This document shows, piece after piece, positions 41,619 to 51,421 of a stretch of DNA of 64,000 nt; position 1 is the first letter of the stretch, and the number at the start of each line of letters is the position of its first letter. The translations under genes were made by a program, and so were the position numbers. This DNA comes from Candidatus Nealsonbacteria bacterium DGGOD1a. Its GTDB lineage: Bacteria > Patescibacteriota > Minisyncoccia > Minisyncoccales > UBA5738. The stretch lies in NCBI GenBank assembly GCA_022530585.1, contig CP092821.1, positions 1,089,509-1,153,508 on the forward strand, read 5' to 3'. Under the pieces are notes generated by a model. That model did not search any database, was not told where the DNA came from, and saw nothing but the letters and a program-made list of their open reading frames with translations.

Positions 41619-41690
41619 GCCCCCATGACTCAACGGTAGAGTAGCTGCCTCTTAAGCAGTTCGTTGCAGGTTCGAATCCTGCTGGGGGCA
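41619..41690 (+). tRNA. tRNA-Lys (anticodon CUU)
   Basis: GCCCCCA TG ACTC AACGGTA GAGT A GCTGC CTCTTAA GCAGT TCGTT GCAGG TTCGAAT CCTGC TGGGGGC A. Confidence 0.9.
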
Positions 41691-41748
41691 CACATAACAA
41701 ATTGAAAATTTAAATAAAATATTTTCCGCAGAAAATAAAACAAAGAAT

Positions 41749-42015
41749 ATGTTAACCACCGAAGAAAAAGCGAAACTGATCGATAAGTATAAATTACACG
41801 AAGAGGACACCGGGTCTCCCCGCGTACAAATCGCGCTGTTAAGCGAAGAAATCGACCGCTTGCAGAAACATTTGAAAAAACACGGCAAAGATATCCATTC
41901 CAAGAGAGGGCTCTTGAAAATGGTATCCAAACGCCGCAAGTTTCTTAATTATTTGCGCGACATCAATGTTACCCAATACGCGCAAACCCTGAAGCAATTA
42001 GGTCTGAAAAAGTAA
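41749..42015 (+). CDS. rpsO: 30S ribosomal protein S15
   Basis: 88 aa. ..EEDTGSPRVQIALLSEEIDRLQKHLKKHGKDIHSKRGLLKMVSKRR. Confidence 0.95.
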   Translation: MLTTEEKAKLIDKYKLHEEDTGSPRVQIALLSEEIDRLQKHLKKHGKDIHSKRGLLKMVSKRRKFLNYLRDINVTQYAQTLKQLGLKK

Positions 42016-42070
42016 AACTTCCCCCGCCTTGGCGGGGGTTGTCTGCTATTTTCAGCGACTCGCGACTATC

Positions 42071-42574
42071 ATGATATTGCAACCAAACGCCCAGCGCATC
42101 GCGGTGTTAATTGATGTGCAAAATCTGTATTATTCGGCGCGCAACCTTTATCAGGCGCGCGTCAATTTCAACGAGATTTTAAAAACCGCGGTCGGACGCC
42201 GAAGCCTGATCCGCGCGTTTGCTTATGTGGTGCGCACAAAAACCGGCGAGGAAAAACCATTTTTCGACGCGTTGATAAAACTTGGCATCGAAACCCGAAT
42301 CCGCGATTTGCAGGAATATTATGACGGGCTGAAAAAAGCGGACTGGGATGTGGGCATTACGGTTGACGCCATCCGTATTTCACCTTCGGTGGACACGATC
42401 GTATTGGCTTCGGGGGACGGCGACTTTCAACAATTGGTTGAATATCTGGAAAACCAAGGCAAGCGGGTGGAAATAATCGCTTTCGGCCGGTCGGCATCGT
42501 CAAAATTAAAAGAAATCGCCGATGCGTTTATTGATATGGAAAAAGAGCCGGAACGATTTTTGCTTAAAAAATAA
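42071..42574 (+). CDS. NYN-domain (LabA-like) protein
   Basis: RIAVLIDVQNLYYSAR...VLASGDGDF. The start is moved to ATG 42071. Confidence 0.8.
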   Translation: MILQPNAQRIAVLIDVQNLYYSARNLYQARVNFNEILKTAVGRRSLIRAFAYVVRTKTGEEKPFFDALIKLGIETRIRDLQEYYDGLKKADWDVGITVDAIRISPSVDTIVLASGDGDFQQLVEYLENQGKRVEIIAFGRSASSKLKEIADAFIDMEKEPERFLLKK

Positions 42575-42576
42575 TC

Positions 42577-42705
42577 AATCCCAAAGTTCGAATTTCAAAT
42601 GTCAAATCAAGCCCAAATTTCAAATGTCAAAAAGAATGCCGCGTTCCTTTTGAACTTTGAGCTTAGAGCTTTTCTTGACATTTGAATTTACAATTTTGGC
42701 ATTTA
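42577..42705. repeat. Word palindrome (TTCAAATGTCAA words) upstream of pnp
   Basis: TTCAAATGTCAAA occurs twice in direct orientation and TTGACATTTGAA once in inverted orientation. Confidence 0.6.
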
Positions 42706-42710
42706 AGAAA

Positions 42711-44825
42711 ATGGACGCTGAAAAAAACAAGTTTTCCCTGACGCTGGGGGGCAAAGAACTGTCGGTCGAGGTCAATGATTTGGCCGGACAAGCCAACGGT
42801 TCGGCGGTAGTGCGCTATGGCGACACCATGGTGCTGACCACCGCGGTTATGGCAAAAAAAGAAAAACCTGATATGGGATTTTTTCCGCTGATGGTCGATT
42901 ATGAAGAAAAATATTACGCCGCCGGAAAAATCAAAGGGCCAAGATTCATCAAAAGAGAGACTCGGCCTTCCGACGAAGCGATTTGCAACGCGCGCCAAAT
43001 TGACCGCTCGATAAGGCCTCTTTTTGACGACCGCCTGAAAAACGAAGTCCAAACCATTGCCACGGTTTTGTCGTGGGACGCGGAAAACGAACCCGACATT
43101 CTTAGCATGTTCGGCATTTCCTGCTCACTGACAATCTCGAACATCCCATGGAACGGCCCGGCGGCCTCGGTGCGCGTAGGTTATCTTGACGGCGAATATA
43201 TCATTAACCCAACCTACGAACAAAGAGCGAAAAGCGCGATCGATGTAGTATTCGCGGGAATCATCCGCGACAATGATATTGTCGCCAATATGATCGAAGG
43301 CGGTTTTGACCAAGCTCAAGAAGAAATGGTTTTGGAAGCTTTTCGGTTCGCCAAACCTTACATCAAACAGCTGATTGATTTCCAGAACGAAATCGCCAAA
43401 AGTATCGGCAAACCCAAAATGGCGCTCAAGGAACCGGCATTCGGAGCCGATTATGAAGACGAATTGCGCGGCCAACTTGGAAACGATCTAAAGGACGCTC
43501 TCTACCAAAAACAAAAAGACGCGCGCCAGGAATCAATGGACGCGGCCAAAACCAAACTCGAGGAATACATCGCCAAAACCTACCCGGAAGACATGGAAAG
43601 ACTCAAGTTCGCCAAATCCTTCTTTGAAAAAGAAATCGACAATGTTTTGCACGAAGTTATTTTAACCACGGGCTTGCGGCCCGATGGACGGACTTTTAAT
43701 CAATTACGGCCGCTTTCCGCGCGAGTAGCGGTCATCCCGCGGACTCACGGTTCCGCTCTTTTCCAAAGAGGCGAAACCAAGGCCCTTTCCAGCGCCACCT
43801 TGGGTGCGCCCGGAGACCAGCAGCTGCTTGACGGGATGGAAATCACCGGCAAAAAGCGATTTTTGCATCATTATAATTTCCCGCCTTATTCCTGCGGAGA
43901 AGTGAGGTTCTTGCGCGCGCCGGGACGGCGCGAAATCGGGCATGGCATGCTGGCCGAAAAAACTCTTCTGCCGCTGATTCCTTCGGTGGAAGATTTCCCC
44001 TATACCATCCGCGTAACATCCGAAATCGTTTCTTCCAACGGATCAACTTCCATGGCCGCTTTATCGGCCGCGACTCTGGCGCTGATGGACGCCGGCGTGC
44101 CGATCAAAGCGCCCGCGACCGGCATCTCAATGGGTTTGGTTTCAAAAGGCGCGAACAATTATAAAGTTCTCACCGACATACAAGGTCCCGAAGACCACCA
44201 CGGCGATATGGATTTCAAAGTGGCCGGCACCCGGCTTGGCATCAATGCCATCCAAATGGATGTTAAAATCGACGGCATCACCGAAAAGATGATGGCTGAT
44301 ATTCTGGAGCAGGGCAAAAAAGCGCGCTACCAAATACTGGATGTGATCGAAGGCACATTAAGCGCGCCGCGGCCGGAATTGTCGCCTTATGCTCCGCGTA
44401 TCATTATTATCCATATCAACCCTGAAAAAATTCGCGAAGTCATCGGACCGGGCGGTAAAATGATCAATGAAATTATCGCCGAAACCGGCGTTCAGATTGA
44501 TATTGAAGACGATGGAACGGTTTTCATTACCGCGGAAAAGCCGGAGGCCGGGCAAAAAGCCACGGAATGGATACAGAACATCACCCGCGAAGTCAAGGTG
44601 GGGGAGATATTTCAAGGCGTGGTAAAACGCATAATGAACTTTGGCGCGTTCGTGGAAATATTGCCGGGCCAGGAAGGAATGGTGCATATCTCAAAACTGG
44701 CCGATCATCGCGTCAATAAAGTTGAAGATGTGGTGAACATCGGCGATATGATATCGGTGAAAGTCGTCGAAATCGACGACCATGGGCGAATCAACCTGTC
44801 GTTAAAAGACGCGAAAAGAAATTAG
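42711..44825 (+). CDS. pnp: Polyribonucleotide nucleotidyltransferase (PNPase)
   Basis: Two RNase PH-like domains followed by KH and S1 (GEIFQGVVKRIMNFGAFVEILPGQEGMVHIS). The start is set at ATG 42711. Confidence 0.93.
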   Translation: MDAEKNKFSLTLGGKELSVEVNDLAGQANGSAVVRYGDTMVLTTAVMAKKEKPDMGFFPLMVDYEEKYYAAGKIKGPRFIKRETRPSDEAICNARQIDRSIRPLFDDRLKNEVQTIATVLSWDAENEPDILSMFGISCSLTISNIPWNGPAASVRVGYLDGEYIINPTYEQRAKSAIDVVFAGIIRDNDIVANMIEGGFDQAQEEMVLEAFRFAKPYIKQLIDFQNEIAKSIGKPKMALKEPAFGADYEDELRGQLGNDLKDALYQKQKDARQESMDAAKTKLEEYIAKTYPEDMERLKFAKSFFEKEIDNVLHEVILTTGLRPDGRTFNQLRPLSARVAVIPRTHGSALFQRGETKALSSATLGAPGDQQLLDGMEITGKKRFLHHYNFPPYSCGEVRFLRAPGRREIGHGMLAEKTLLPLIPSVEDFPYTIRVTSEIVSSNGSTSMAALSAATLALMDAGVPIKAPATGISMGLVSKGANNYKVLTDIQGPEDHHGDMDFKVAGTRLGINAIQMDVKIDGITEKMMADILEQGKKARYQILDVIEGTLSAPRPELSPYAPRIIIIHINPEKIREVIGPGGKMINEIIAETGVQIDIEDDGTVFITAEKPEAGQKATEWIQNITREVKVGEIFQGVVKRIMNFGAFVEILPGQEGMVHISKLADHRVNKVEDVVNIGDMISVKVVEIDDHGRINLSLKDAKRN

Positions 44826-44984
44826 CGTCAAGAACAAAAAAACGGAAATCACTCTCCGTTTTTTTGTCGCGCCGCAAAAACACTTTCGCGCAAAATTTGC
44901 ATATGCTAAAATAATGACAAGGAAAATAAAAACGCCCAAGCGCGAAACGCGGCGGTGAGACATCTATCCGCCGCAATTTAAAAC

Positions 44985-47126
44985 ATGCTGAAATTAAAAG
45001 ACAACGCGATCAAAACAATGGCCGGAGATCTGGCTGGCGGGAACATCCCGGCACAACCCGCGATGGAATCGCCGGAAATCGCCGATTTGAACCAAAAACT
45101 GAACGAAGCTTTTGGCATTTCAACCGGCATAAAAAATACGGCGGCGGAACAATGGAAAACGGTAAAAACAACAACCGCCCCGACACCGCCAAAAGCAACT
45201 TTGGCCGTCCAACAGGTTCCCCAACAAAAAGAAAACAATGATGACGGAAACGATGAACAAGAAGATAGAAAAAACGACGAAGAAAAAAAACTCCGCCAGA
45301 TTGAAGATTTGAAAAATATAAAAATACAGCTTGAACGGCAAAAACGGGAAGCGGCAAAGCTGGCCGAAGAAAAAGCGAAGCGCGAGGAAGAAACAACCGG
45401 AACGCAAAAAACTGAAGAAGAACAGATACTCAACGGAGAAGAAAAACTTGAAGAAGAAAAAAGGAAACGCGAGGAAGCGGCAAAGCTGGCCGAAGAAAAA
45501 GCGAAGCGCGAAGAAGAGGAAAAAGCGAAAGCGCGAAAAGCCGAAGAAGAAAGATTGCGGATCGAAGAAGAAAAAAAGGCGCGGGAAGCGGCAAGGCTGG
45601 CCGAAGAAAAAGCGAAGCGCGAAGAAAAACAGAAAAAACTCGAAGAAGAAAGACGGATCGCCCAAGAAAAAATGCGGCAAGAGACTTTGCGCGCGCGGGA
45701 AGAAAAAGAAAAAGCGCGGGAAGAAAAGCGGCGGCGGCTGGCGGCTTTGGAATTAGAGCGCGAACAGAATTTGCAAAGAGAAAAAGAACTGCAAGAACAG
45801 GAAATTCTCCGGCGCGATACAGAAACGCAAAAACAAGCGGCGAAAATCGACAACAGTCAAGAAACAAATAATTTGGATGGCGCGTTTGAAAGATTGATTA
45901 TGAAATTGAATGACAAAAAAAACGGCCTTGAAAAAGAATTGGCGAGTTTCCCGGCGAAAAAAATACCGCTTGAACAAAAAAAAATCAACCTTGGAAGCGA
46001 AGTTTCGGCGATAAAAGACAAAGAATTATCCATCGCGGAAGAACGGGAAAAAGAAATCGAAAGATTGGGAACGGATGAAAAAGCGAAACTTAGCCAAAAA
46101 TTATCGCCACAACAGAAAAAAACAATCGAACAAAAACTTTGGTCCATCGAAGATCGGCGCAAGGAAATCGAAAAACAGCGCTGGAATATTGAAGACCGCA
46201 TCAATAAAATACTTGCCGAAGCCGAAACCACAAACAACCTGATCAAAGAAAAAGACGAAGAAGCGGAAGCGATTCGGCAAAAAATAAAAAACACGGACAA
46301 TCAAATAAAACTGGTCCGATTCGCGATCGAAAAAGGAAAACTGGAAGAAGAATTGATCGGGAATATCGAAGAAAGAGAATCTCGCTTACCTTTGCTTGAG
46401 GAAGCAACCGAAAGAAAGAATTCCACAATGAACAGATTTGAAGAATTGGCCGAAAAAGAAAATTCTGTCAACGCCGAACTGAACGCGATCGAACAACAAG
46501 AAAAACAAGCCGCCGATCCGGTGCAAAAAAGAGCGGCCGAACAGGAACGATGGCGCGTTACCGGCGTTTTAAAGTCGACCACCCGGGCAAAATGGGAAAG
46601 CGATGAAAAAGCCAAAGACGCGAAAACCCGGCTGCAATCAATCCAAGGAGAAATTGACGCGATCAGCGCGATAATAGATAAAATACAAAGCAAAATTTTT
46701 AACAAAGAAGCCGCTCTGGGAAAAGAAGGACTGCCGGTGGGAAAAATCCGCGATTCGATCTCCGATTTGTTCAAAGAAAACGACATTAAAATCGATCAAG
46801 AACTTTTAAAAGACATAATTCAAACCGACGACCGGCCCCAAAAGCCAGACCCTGTTCTTGAAGAAAAAATTCCCGCGGCAACCACGGTTCAAAAAATTAG
46901 CGCTCCGGCGGAAATAAAACCCGTTGTCGCGCCAAAATCAACGAATGAGGCGCCCGCCGACGACCCGGCGGAAATAAAACCCGTTGTCGCGCCGGATACC
47001 GCCAATTTTGTCCCGAAAAATCCAATCGCGGAAAACAATTCTCCCGAAAAACAAGCCGGGCGAAACGCGATAGAAGAACCGGTGCCGGATAATTCCGCGC
47101 CAAACGATCCTCTAGGCATAAGATAA
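44985..47126 (+). CDS. Large K/E-rich coiled-coil protein with tandem repeats
   Basis: 713 aa. AAKLAEEKAKREEE occurs three times, followed by a long heptad-like region. The C-terminal PAEIKPVVAP occurs twice. Confidence 0.65.
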   Translation: MLKLKDNAIKTMAGDLAGGNIPAQPAMESPEIADLNQKLNEAFGISTGIKNTAAEQWKTVKTTTAPTPPKATLAVQQVPQQKENNDDGNDEQEDRKNDEEKKLRQIEDLKNIKIQLERQKREAAKLAEEKAKREEETTGTQKTEEEQILNGEEKLEEEKRKREEAAKLAEEKAKREEEEKAKARKAEEERLRIEEEKKAREAARLAEEKAKREEKQKKLEEERRIAQEKMRQETLRAREEKEKAREEKRRRLAALELEREQNLQREKELQEQEILRRDTETQKQAAKIDNSQETNNLDGAFERLIMKLNDKKNGLEKELASFPAKKIPLEQKKINLGSEVSAIKDKELSIAEEREKEIERLGTDEKAKLSQKLSPQQKKTIEQKLWSIEDRRKEIEKQRWNIEDRINKILAEAETTNNLIKEKDEEAEAIRQKIKNTDNQIKLVRFAIEKGKLEEELIGNIEERESRLPLLEEATERKNSTMNRFEELAEKENSVNAELNAIEQQEKQAADPVQKRAAEQERWRVTGVLKSTTRAKWESDEKAKDAKTRLQSIQGEIDAISAIIDKIQSKIFNKEAALGKEGLPVGKIRDSISDLFKENDIKIDQELLKDIIQTDDRPQKPDPVLEEKIPAATTVQKISAPAEIKPVVAPKSTNEAPADDPAEIKPVVAPDTANFVPKNPIAENNSPEKQAGRNAIEEPVPDNSAPNDPLGIR
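45345..45630 (+). repeat. Intragenic tandem repeat: GCGGCAARGCTGGCCGAAGAAAAAGCGAAGCGCGA three times (periods 126 and 111 nt)
   Basis: Copies start at 45351, 45477 and 45588. Confidence 0.8.
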
Positions 47127-47132
47127 ACACAT

Positions 47133-48713
47133 ATGGCAATGACAATTGATCAATTTGGACAAGCCATTAAACGCAAATATCCGCAATACCGCGATATGCC
47201 GGATGCGGAATTGGGGGAAAAAATGCTGGCCAAATATCCGCAATATTCGGATATGGTTAGCGTTGGCGACATTCAAACCGCTCCCGGGCAAACAACGCCG
47301 GAAATAACCGCCCAAAAACAAACCGAAAAAGTTCAAAAAGAACAAACGAAACAAAACAAAACCGAAGAAAAAATTCCCGGCAAACCGCCCGCGGTTCCTC
47401 CCGACGCCAGTTCAAAAAAACCGGCGGAAAACATCGTCGGCAACCCCGCAAAAATCGTTTCAAACCACGAAGATTCCCCGTCCGAAGACAGTATCTGGAA
47501 GCCGGGAGCAAAACCGGGCGATATCGCGGGAAAAACAGAGCCTGTCGATAATACAAAAACCGCGCCCGAAACAAAATCTTCAAAAATAGAAGAATCTTTA
47601 TCGAAAACCGCATCTTTTTACCGCGAACAGATTGAATCATCTCCCGCGACAAAAATTCGCGCATTGCCCATCGCGCCCGCCAAAGGAGAAGTTGTCGCGC
47701 CGAAAAATCAAGAAAAAACGCCTGAAAAAAATAACGAAAACGCTCCAAATGGCGGCGAAACCGTGAAAAAACCGATAATAAACGACCCAACCGCGGAAGC
47801 GGAAAGACCCAGCGCCCGTATTTTGGAAAGCCGATGGGAACAAATCAAAAAATCATCCTCGCCCGCGGCAGGCGCGACATCAACCGCGGCACCTCCGGAA
47901 GCCTCCCCGGCAATGCCCGAGCGACTGAAACCAACCGGCAAAAACAAAGTTTTGGCAAGAGTGCTTGTTGTCGTGGCGCTGATTGGGATAATTGGGATTA
48001 TTTTGGCCGTTGTTTTAACCAAAAACAATACGCCGACAATCATTAAAAAAACAACCGGGGAAAACTCAACCACCACAACCACCGGCAAAAAAATAGACAC
48101 CGCCGAACCAACCGCCGAAAACAACAAAAAAAATAACGGCGAATCGCCTTATATGGCGACAGTTTCCACCATACCTATCTATACCGAAGATCTGGCAAGC
48201 GTCCCGAATCTGCTTTCGCCCTATCTGCAAACATCGCTCGGATCAACCGGCTACTATCAGGTTTCCATCGTGGACAAAAAGAATAACTCCAAGATTGGAT
48301 TAAAACAATTTTTTAACATATACAAAATTAGCGCGCCCGAAATATTCTACTCGTCCGTAAGCGATGATTTCACGCTTTTCATCTATTCAAACAACGGCAA
48401 GAACCGTCTGGGTTTTGTCGCCCCGGCCGGCAATACCGAATCATTGAAAACGGCAATGGAAGGCTGGGAGGGGAGCCTGCGAACCGATACCGACAATCTA
48501 TTCAAGTTGTTGGGCAGAAAAACCCAAGACCCGGAGAAAGAACTTCGATTTAAAACCGAAAACTCAACCGGCGGAACCGAATACCGATCAATGGTTTTTC
48601 TGCCGGAAACCGATAACTTTTCAATCAATTGGGCGATTTACAACGATAAGTATTTTGTTTTCGCGACTTCGGCCGATACTCTGAAAAAAACTTTCGACCA
48701 ATTGCCAAAATAG
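47133..48713 (+). CDS. Single-pass membrane protein: KYPQY-repeat N-terminus, disordered linker, TM helix, C-terminal globular domain
   Basis: KRKYPQYRDM / AKYPQYSDM duplication, TM helix VLARVLVVVALIGIIGIILAVVL, and a C-terminal beta-rich domain. No family asserted. Confidence 0.6.
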   Translation: MAMTIDQFGQAIKRKYPQYRDMPDAELGEKMLAKYPQYSDMVSVGDIQTAPGQTTPEITAQKQTEKVQKEQTKQNKTEEKIPGKPPAVPPDASSKKPAENIVGNPAKIVSNHEDSPSEDSIWKPGAKPGDIAGKTEPVDNTKTAPETKSSKIEESLSKTASFYREQIESSPATKIRALPIAPAKGEVVAPKNQEKTPEKNNENAPNGGETVKKPIINDPTAEAERPSARILESRWEQIKKSSSPAAGATSTAAPPEASPAMPERLKPTGKNKVLARVLVVVALIGIIGIILAVVLTKNNTPTIIKKTTGENSTTTTTGKKIDTAEPTAENNKKNNGESPYMATVSTIPIYTEDLASVPNLLSPYLQTSLGSTGYYQVSIVDKKNNSKIGLKQFFNIYKISAPEIFYSSVSDDFTLFIYSNNGKNRLGFVAPAGNTESLKTAMEGWEGSLRTDTDNLFKLLGRKTQDPEKELRFKTENSTGGTEYRSMVFLPETDNFSINWAIYNDKYFVFATSADTLKKTFDQLPK

Positions 48714-48723
48714 ATAACCGTCT

Positions 48724-50247
48724 ATGCCGTCAAAAATATTTTCTGCGGCGATCGCCGGACTGGACGCCCAAATAATTGAAGTGGAGGTGGAAACTTCGTA
48801 TGGATTGCGAAGATTCGATATTGTCGGCCTGCCTGACAAATCAGTGCAGGAAGCCCGGGAACGGGTTGGCGCGGCAATCGAAAGCGCCGGCTTCACATCG
48901 CCGCACCATCTTCCGGTCAAAGTCCTGGTTTCTTTGGCGCCCGCCGATCTGAAAAAAGAGGGCTCTCTGTATGATCTTCCCATTGCTTTGGGATATCTTG
49001 CCGCAAGCGAAAAAATTAAATTTGATCCGGCAGGAAAAATTTTTCTCGGCGAACTGGCCTTGGACGGAAGATTGCGTCCGGCCAAAGGCACGATTTGTTT
49101 CGCAATCGCCTGCCGCCAGAAAGGAATAAAGGAAATTATTCTTCCCAAAGAAAATTCCAAAGAAGCCAGTCTCATTGACGGGCTACGGGTAATCGGAGTT
49201 GAAACGCTGGAACAAACGATCGCTTATCTGGAAGGCCGGATCGCGATCGACCCGGCGGCGAAAGTAAAAGCCGCGGACGGGGAGAAAAAATTTGAAAATG
49301 ATTTAGGGCTCATCTCGGGTCAGGAATCTTCAAAGCGCGCCCTTGAAATCGTTGCCGGCGGCGGGCACAATCTTTCGATGTGGGGGCCGCCGGGAACCGG
49401 AAAAACTCTGCTGGCAAAAGCTCTGCCCACGATACTCCCGCCGCTATCCTTTGATGAATCGCTTGAAGTTACCAAAATATACAGCATTTGCGGATTATTA
49501 TCCGCCGATTCGCCGCTGGCCATAAACCGCCCGTTCCGAGCGCCCCACCATACGACTTCCGATGCCGCGCTTATCGGCGGCGGCAATCCGCCGCGCCCGG
49601 GTGAAATTACCCTCGCTCATCGAGGAATACTTTTTTTGGATGAATTTCCGGAATTCCACCGCGACACGCTTGAAGCGTTGCGCCAACCGATAGAGGAGGG
49701 GGCAATCAATGTCCTGCGCGCCCGACACGCATTGTCTTTGCCGGCAAGATTCACTCTCGTGCTCGCGTCAAACCCTTGCCCATGCGGCAATTTTGGCAAC
49801 CCGGAAAAACGATGCGTCTGCTCAAGCTCCCAAATCGCGATGTACCGCAAAAAGCTCTCCGGTCCGTTGATGGATCGCATTGATCTTTTTATCAATGTAC
49901 CCGCCGTAAAGTATGAAAAGCTCGCGAGCGCGGAATTCGACCCGGAAAACTCCAGCCGGCGGATAAGAGAACGCGTTTGCTTGTGCCGCGACATCCAGCG
50001 GGAAAGATTCGGCGACGAACACACCAACGCGGAAATGAATATCTCCCAGGTTAAACAATACTGCCGGATAGATCAATCCTCGGAAAAACTTTTGAAAGCC
50101 GCGGTCGATTCGGGCAAGCTTTCCGCGCGCGGCTACCACCGCGTGTTAAAAGTCAGCCGCACCATCGCCGATCTTGCCGGATCGGAAGAAATAAAATTCA
50201 ATCATATTTCCGAAGCTTTGGCATACCGGCCAATCGAAACCGTTTAA
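48724..50247 (+). CDS. comM: YifB/ComM-family Mg-chelatase-like AAA+ ATPase
   Basis: N-terminal Lon-protease-like domain, Walker A MWGPPGTGKTLLAK, and the C-terminal ChlI-like HRVLKVSRTIADL. Confidence 0.9.
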   Translation: MPSKIFSAAIAGLDAQIIEVEVETSYGLRRFDIVGLPDKSVQEARERVGAAIESAGFTSPHHLPVKVLVSLAPADLKKEGSLYDLPIALGYLAASEKIKFDPAGKIFLGELALDGRLRPAKGTICFAIACRQKGIKEIILPKENSKEASLIDGLRVIGVETLEQTIAYLEGRIAIDPAAKVKAADGEKKFENDLGLISGQESSKRALEIVAGGGHNLSMWGPPGTGKTLLAKALPTILPPLSFDESLEVTKIYSICGLLSADSPLAINRPFRAPHHTTSDAALIGGGNPPRPGEITLAHRGILFLDEFPEFHRDTLEALRQPIEEGAINVLRARHALSLPARFTLVLASNPCPCGNFGNPEKRCVCSSSQIAMYRKKLSGPLMDRIDLFINVPAVKYEKLASAEFDPENSSRRIRERVCLCRDIQRERFGDEHTNAEMNISQVKQYCRIDQSSEKLLKAAVDSGKLSARGYHRVLKVSRTIADLAGSEEIKFNHISEALAYRPIETV

Positions 50248-50299
50248 AAAAACACCGCCAAACGGGGTGTTTTGCGTGTTTAAAAACGCAGAGAACAAA

Positions 50300-51367
50300 T
50301 TACTTGTTGAATGGGTTGGCCGCGCCAATGACTTCAAAATGCAAGTGGCATCCGGTTGATTGCCCGGTTTTCCCCATAAAGCCGATTACATCGCCCTTTT
50401 TAACTTCCTGTCCCTGAACAACGGAAAGGGTTTGCAAATGATAATAATGAGTGATGATTGTTCCGCCCAAATGAGAAATTGAAATATTGTTTCCGGCGCC
50501 GCCATTCCAGCCGGTTTTGGATTTCGTCACGGTGCCCGATGCGGCGGCATATATCGGCGCGCCGCAATAACCGCCGGTTAAATCAACCGCGTTGCGAAAA
50601 TGCAACCCTTGCGTCTTTTTGCAAGCCGCGCCCACCGGACAAAGAAAATAATTACCCGATACCAACGCCGAATCTTGCAATCCATGGCTTGAACTTTGGG
50701 CTCCGGACGAAGAAAGAGGTTTTTTCGCGATCACCGGCTTGGGCATTTTACCATTCGGCACGATAATCACATCGCCGATAAACACATCGTTTTCTCCGTC
50801 AAGCTCGTTAAAAGCGACTATTTCATCGATTTTGGCTTGATATTCCAAAGCAATTTTCGCCATTGTGTCACCCGAAACGACATAATGGATAACGCCGGTG
50901 ACCGGCGGAATGATCAACTGCCGCCCGGGCTTCAAAACCGCCCCTTTCGCCAGATCGTTTGCCCAGAGAATCGTATCCGAACTGACGCTGAATTTCTCCG
51001 CCAAGCTCGATATCGTATCGTTTTGTTCCGTCTGATATTCAACGATTGTTTTGAGCGAATCCGCATTCATTTCGCAATCTTGGGCATCGCCAACAATCGC
51101 CCCCAGTACCTTGGGGGTTACCACAATCGGCGGCACCGCCGCTTTAACGCAAGCGTCGCCCGCCATCAAATAGCTGGGCGATTCGGGCTTGGCTTGTTTA
51201 TCGGACCGGGCAACCATATCCTTGGCTAAATCCGCTTGGCAAACAGTGCTTGTTTTCGCCGATACGCATTTAACAACATAATTTGACACGGCCGAACAAA
51301 CAACAAACAAAACCGCTCCGATAAGAAGAAGTTTGGCGAAATTTTTTAATTGAAGTTTGATATTCAT
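50300..51367 (-). CDS. Secreted LysM-domain M23 metallopeptidase (peptidoglycan hydrolase)
   Basis: Two LysM-like segments (DTISSLAEKFSVSSDTILWANDL and DTMAKIALEYQAKIDEIVAFNEL). M23 motifs HYYHLQ and TGCHLHFEV. Confidence 0.85.
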   Translation of the reverse strand: MNIKLQLKNFAKLLLIGAVLFVVCSAVSNYVVKCVSAKTSTVCQADLAKDMVARSDKQAKPESPSYLMAGDACVKAAVPPIVVTPKVLGAIVGDAQDCEMNADSLKTIVEYQTEQNDTISSLAEKFSVSSDTILWANDLAKGAVLKPGRQLIIPPVTGVIHYVVSGDTMAKIALEYQAKIDEIVAFNELDGENDVFIGDVIIVPNGKMPKPVIAKKPLSSSGAQSSSHGLQDSALVSGNYFLCPVGAACKKTQGLHFRNAVDLTGGYCGAPIYAAASGTVTKSKTGWNGGAGNNISISHLGGTIITHYYHLQTLSVVQGQEVKKGDVIGFMGKTGQSTGCHLHFEVIGAANPFNK

Positions 51368-51421
51368 CTGACAACTATTATGGTATAAAAACGGCTTAAA
51401 ATGTCAATGCCTTTATGCTAA

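Noticed and set aside
42657-42710. N-terminal extensions of pnp (from 42657), the NYN protein (from 42029) and rsmA (from 51472)
   Set aside because: The extensions translate intergenic palindrome or repeat sequence. The conserved protein N-termini begin at the internal ATGs 42711, 42071 and 51562.
44978-46786. Long minus-strand ORFs (291, 186, 161, 147 and 145 aa) rich in Ser, Phe, Cys and Leu
   Set aside because: They are antisense shadows of the K/E-rich gene: GAA and AAG codons read backwards give TTC and CTT. They have no motifs and an implausible composition, while the plus-strand frame is continuous for 713 codons.
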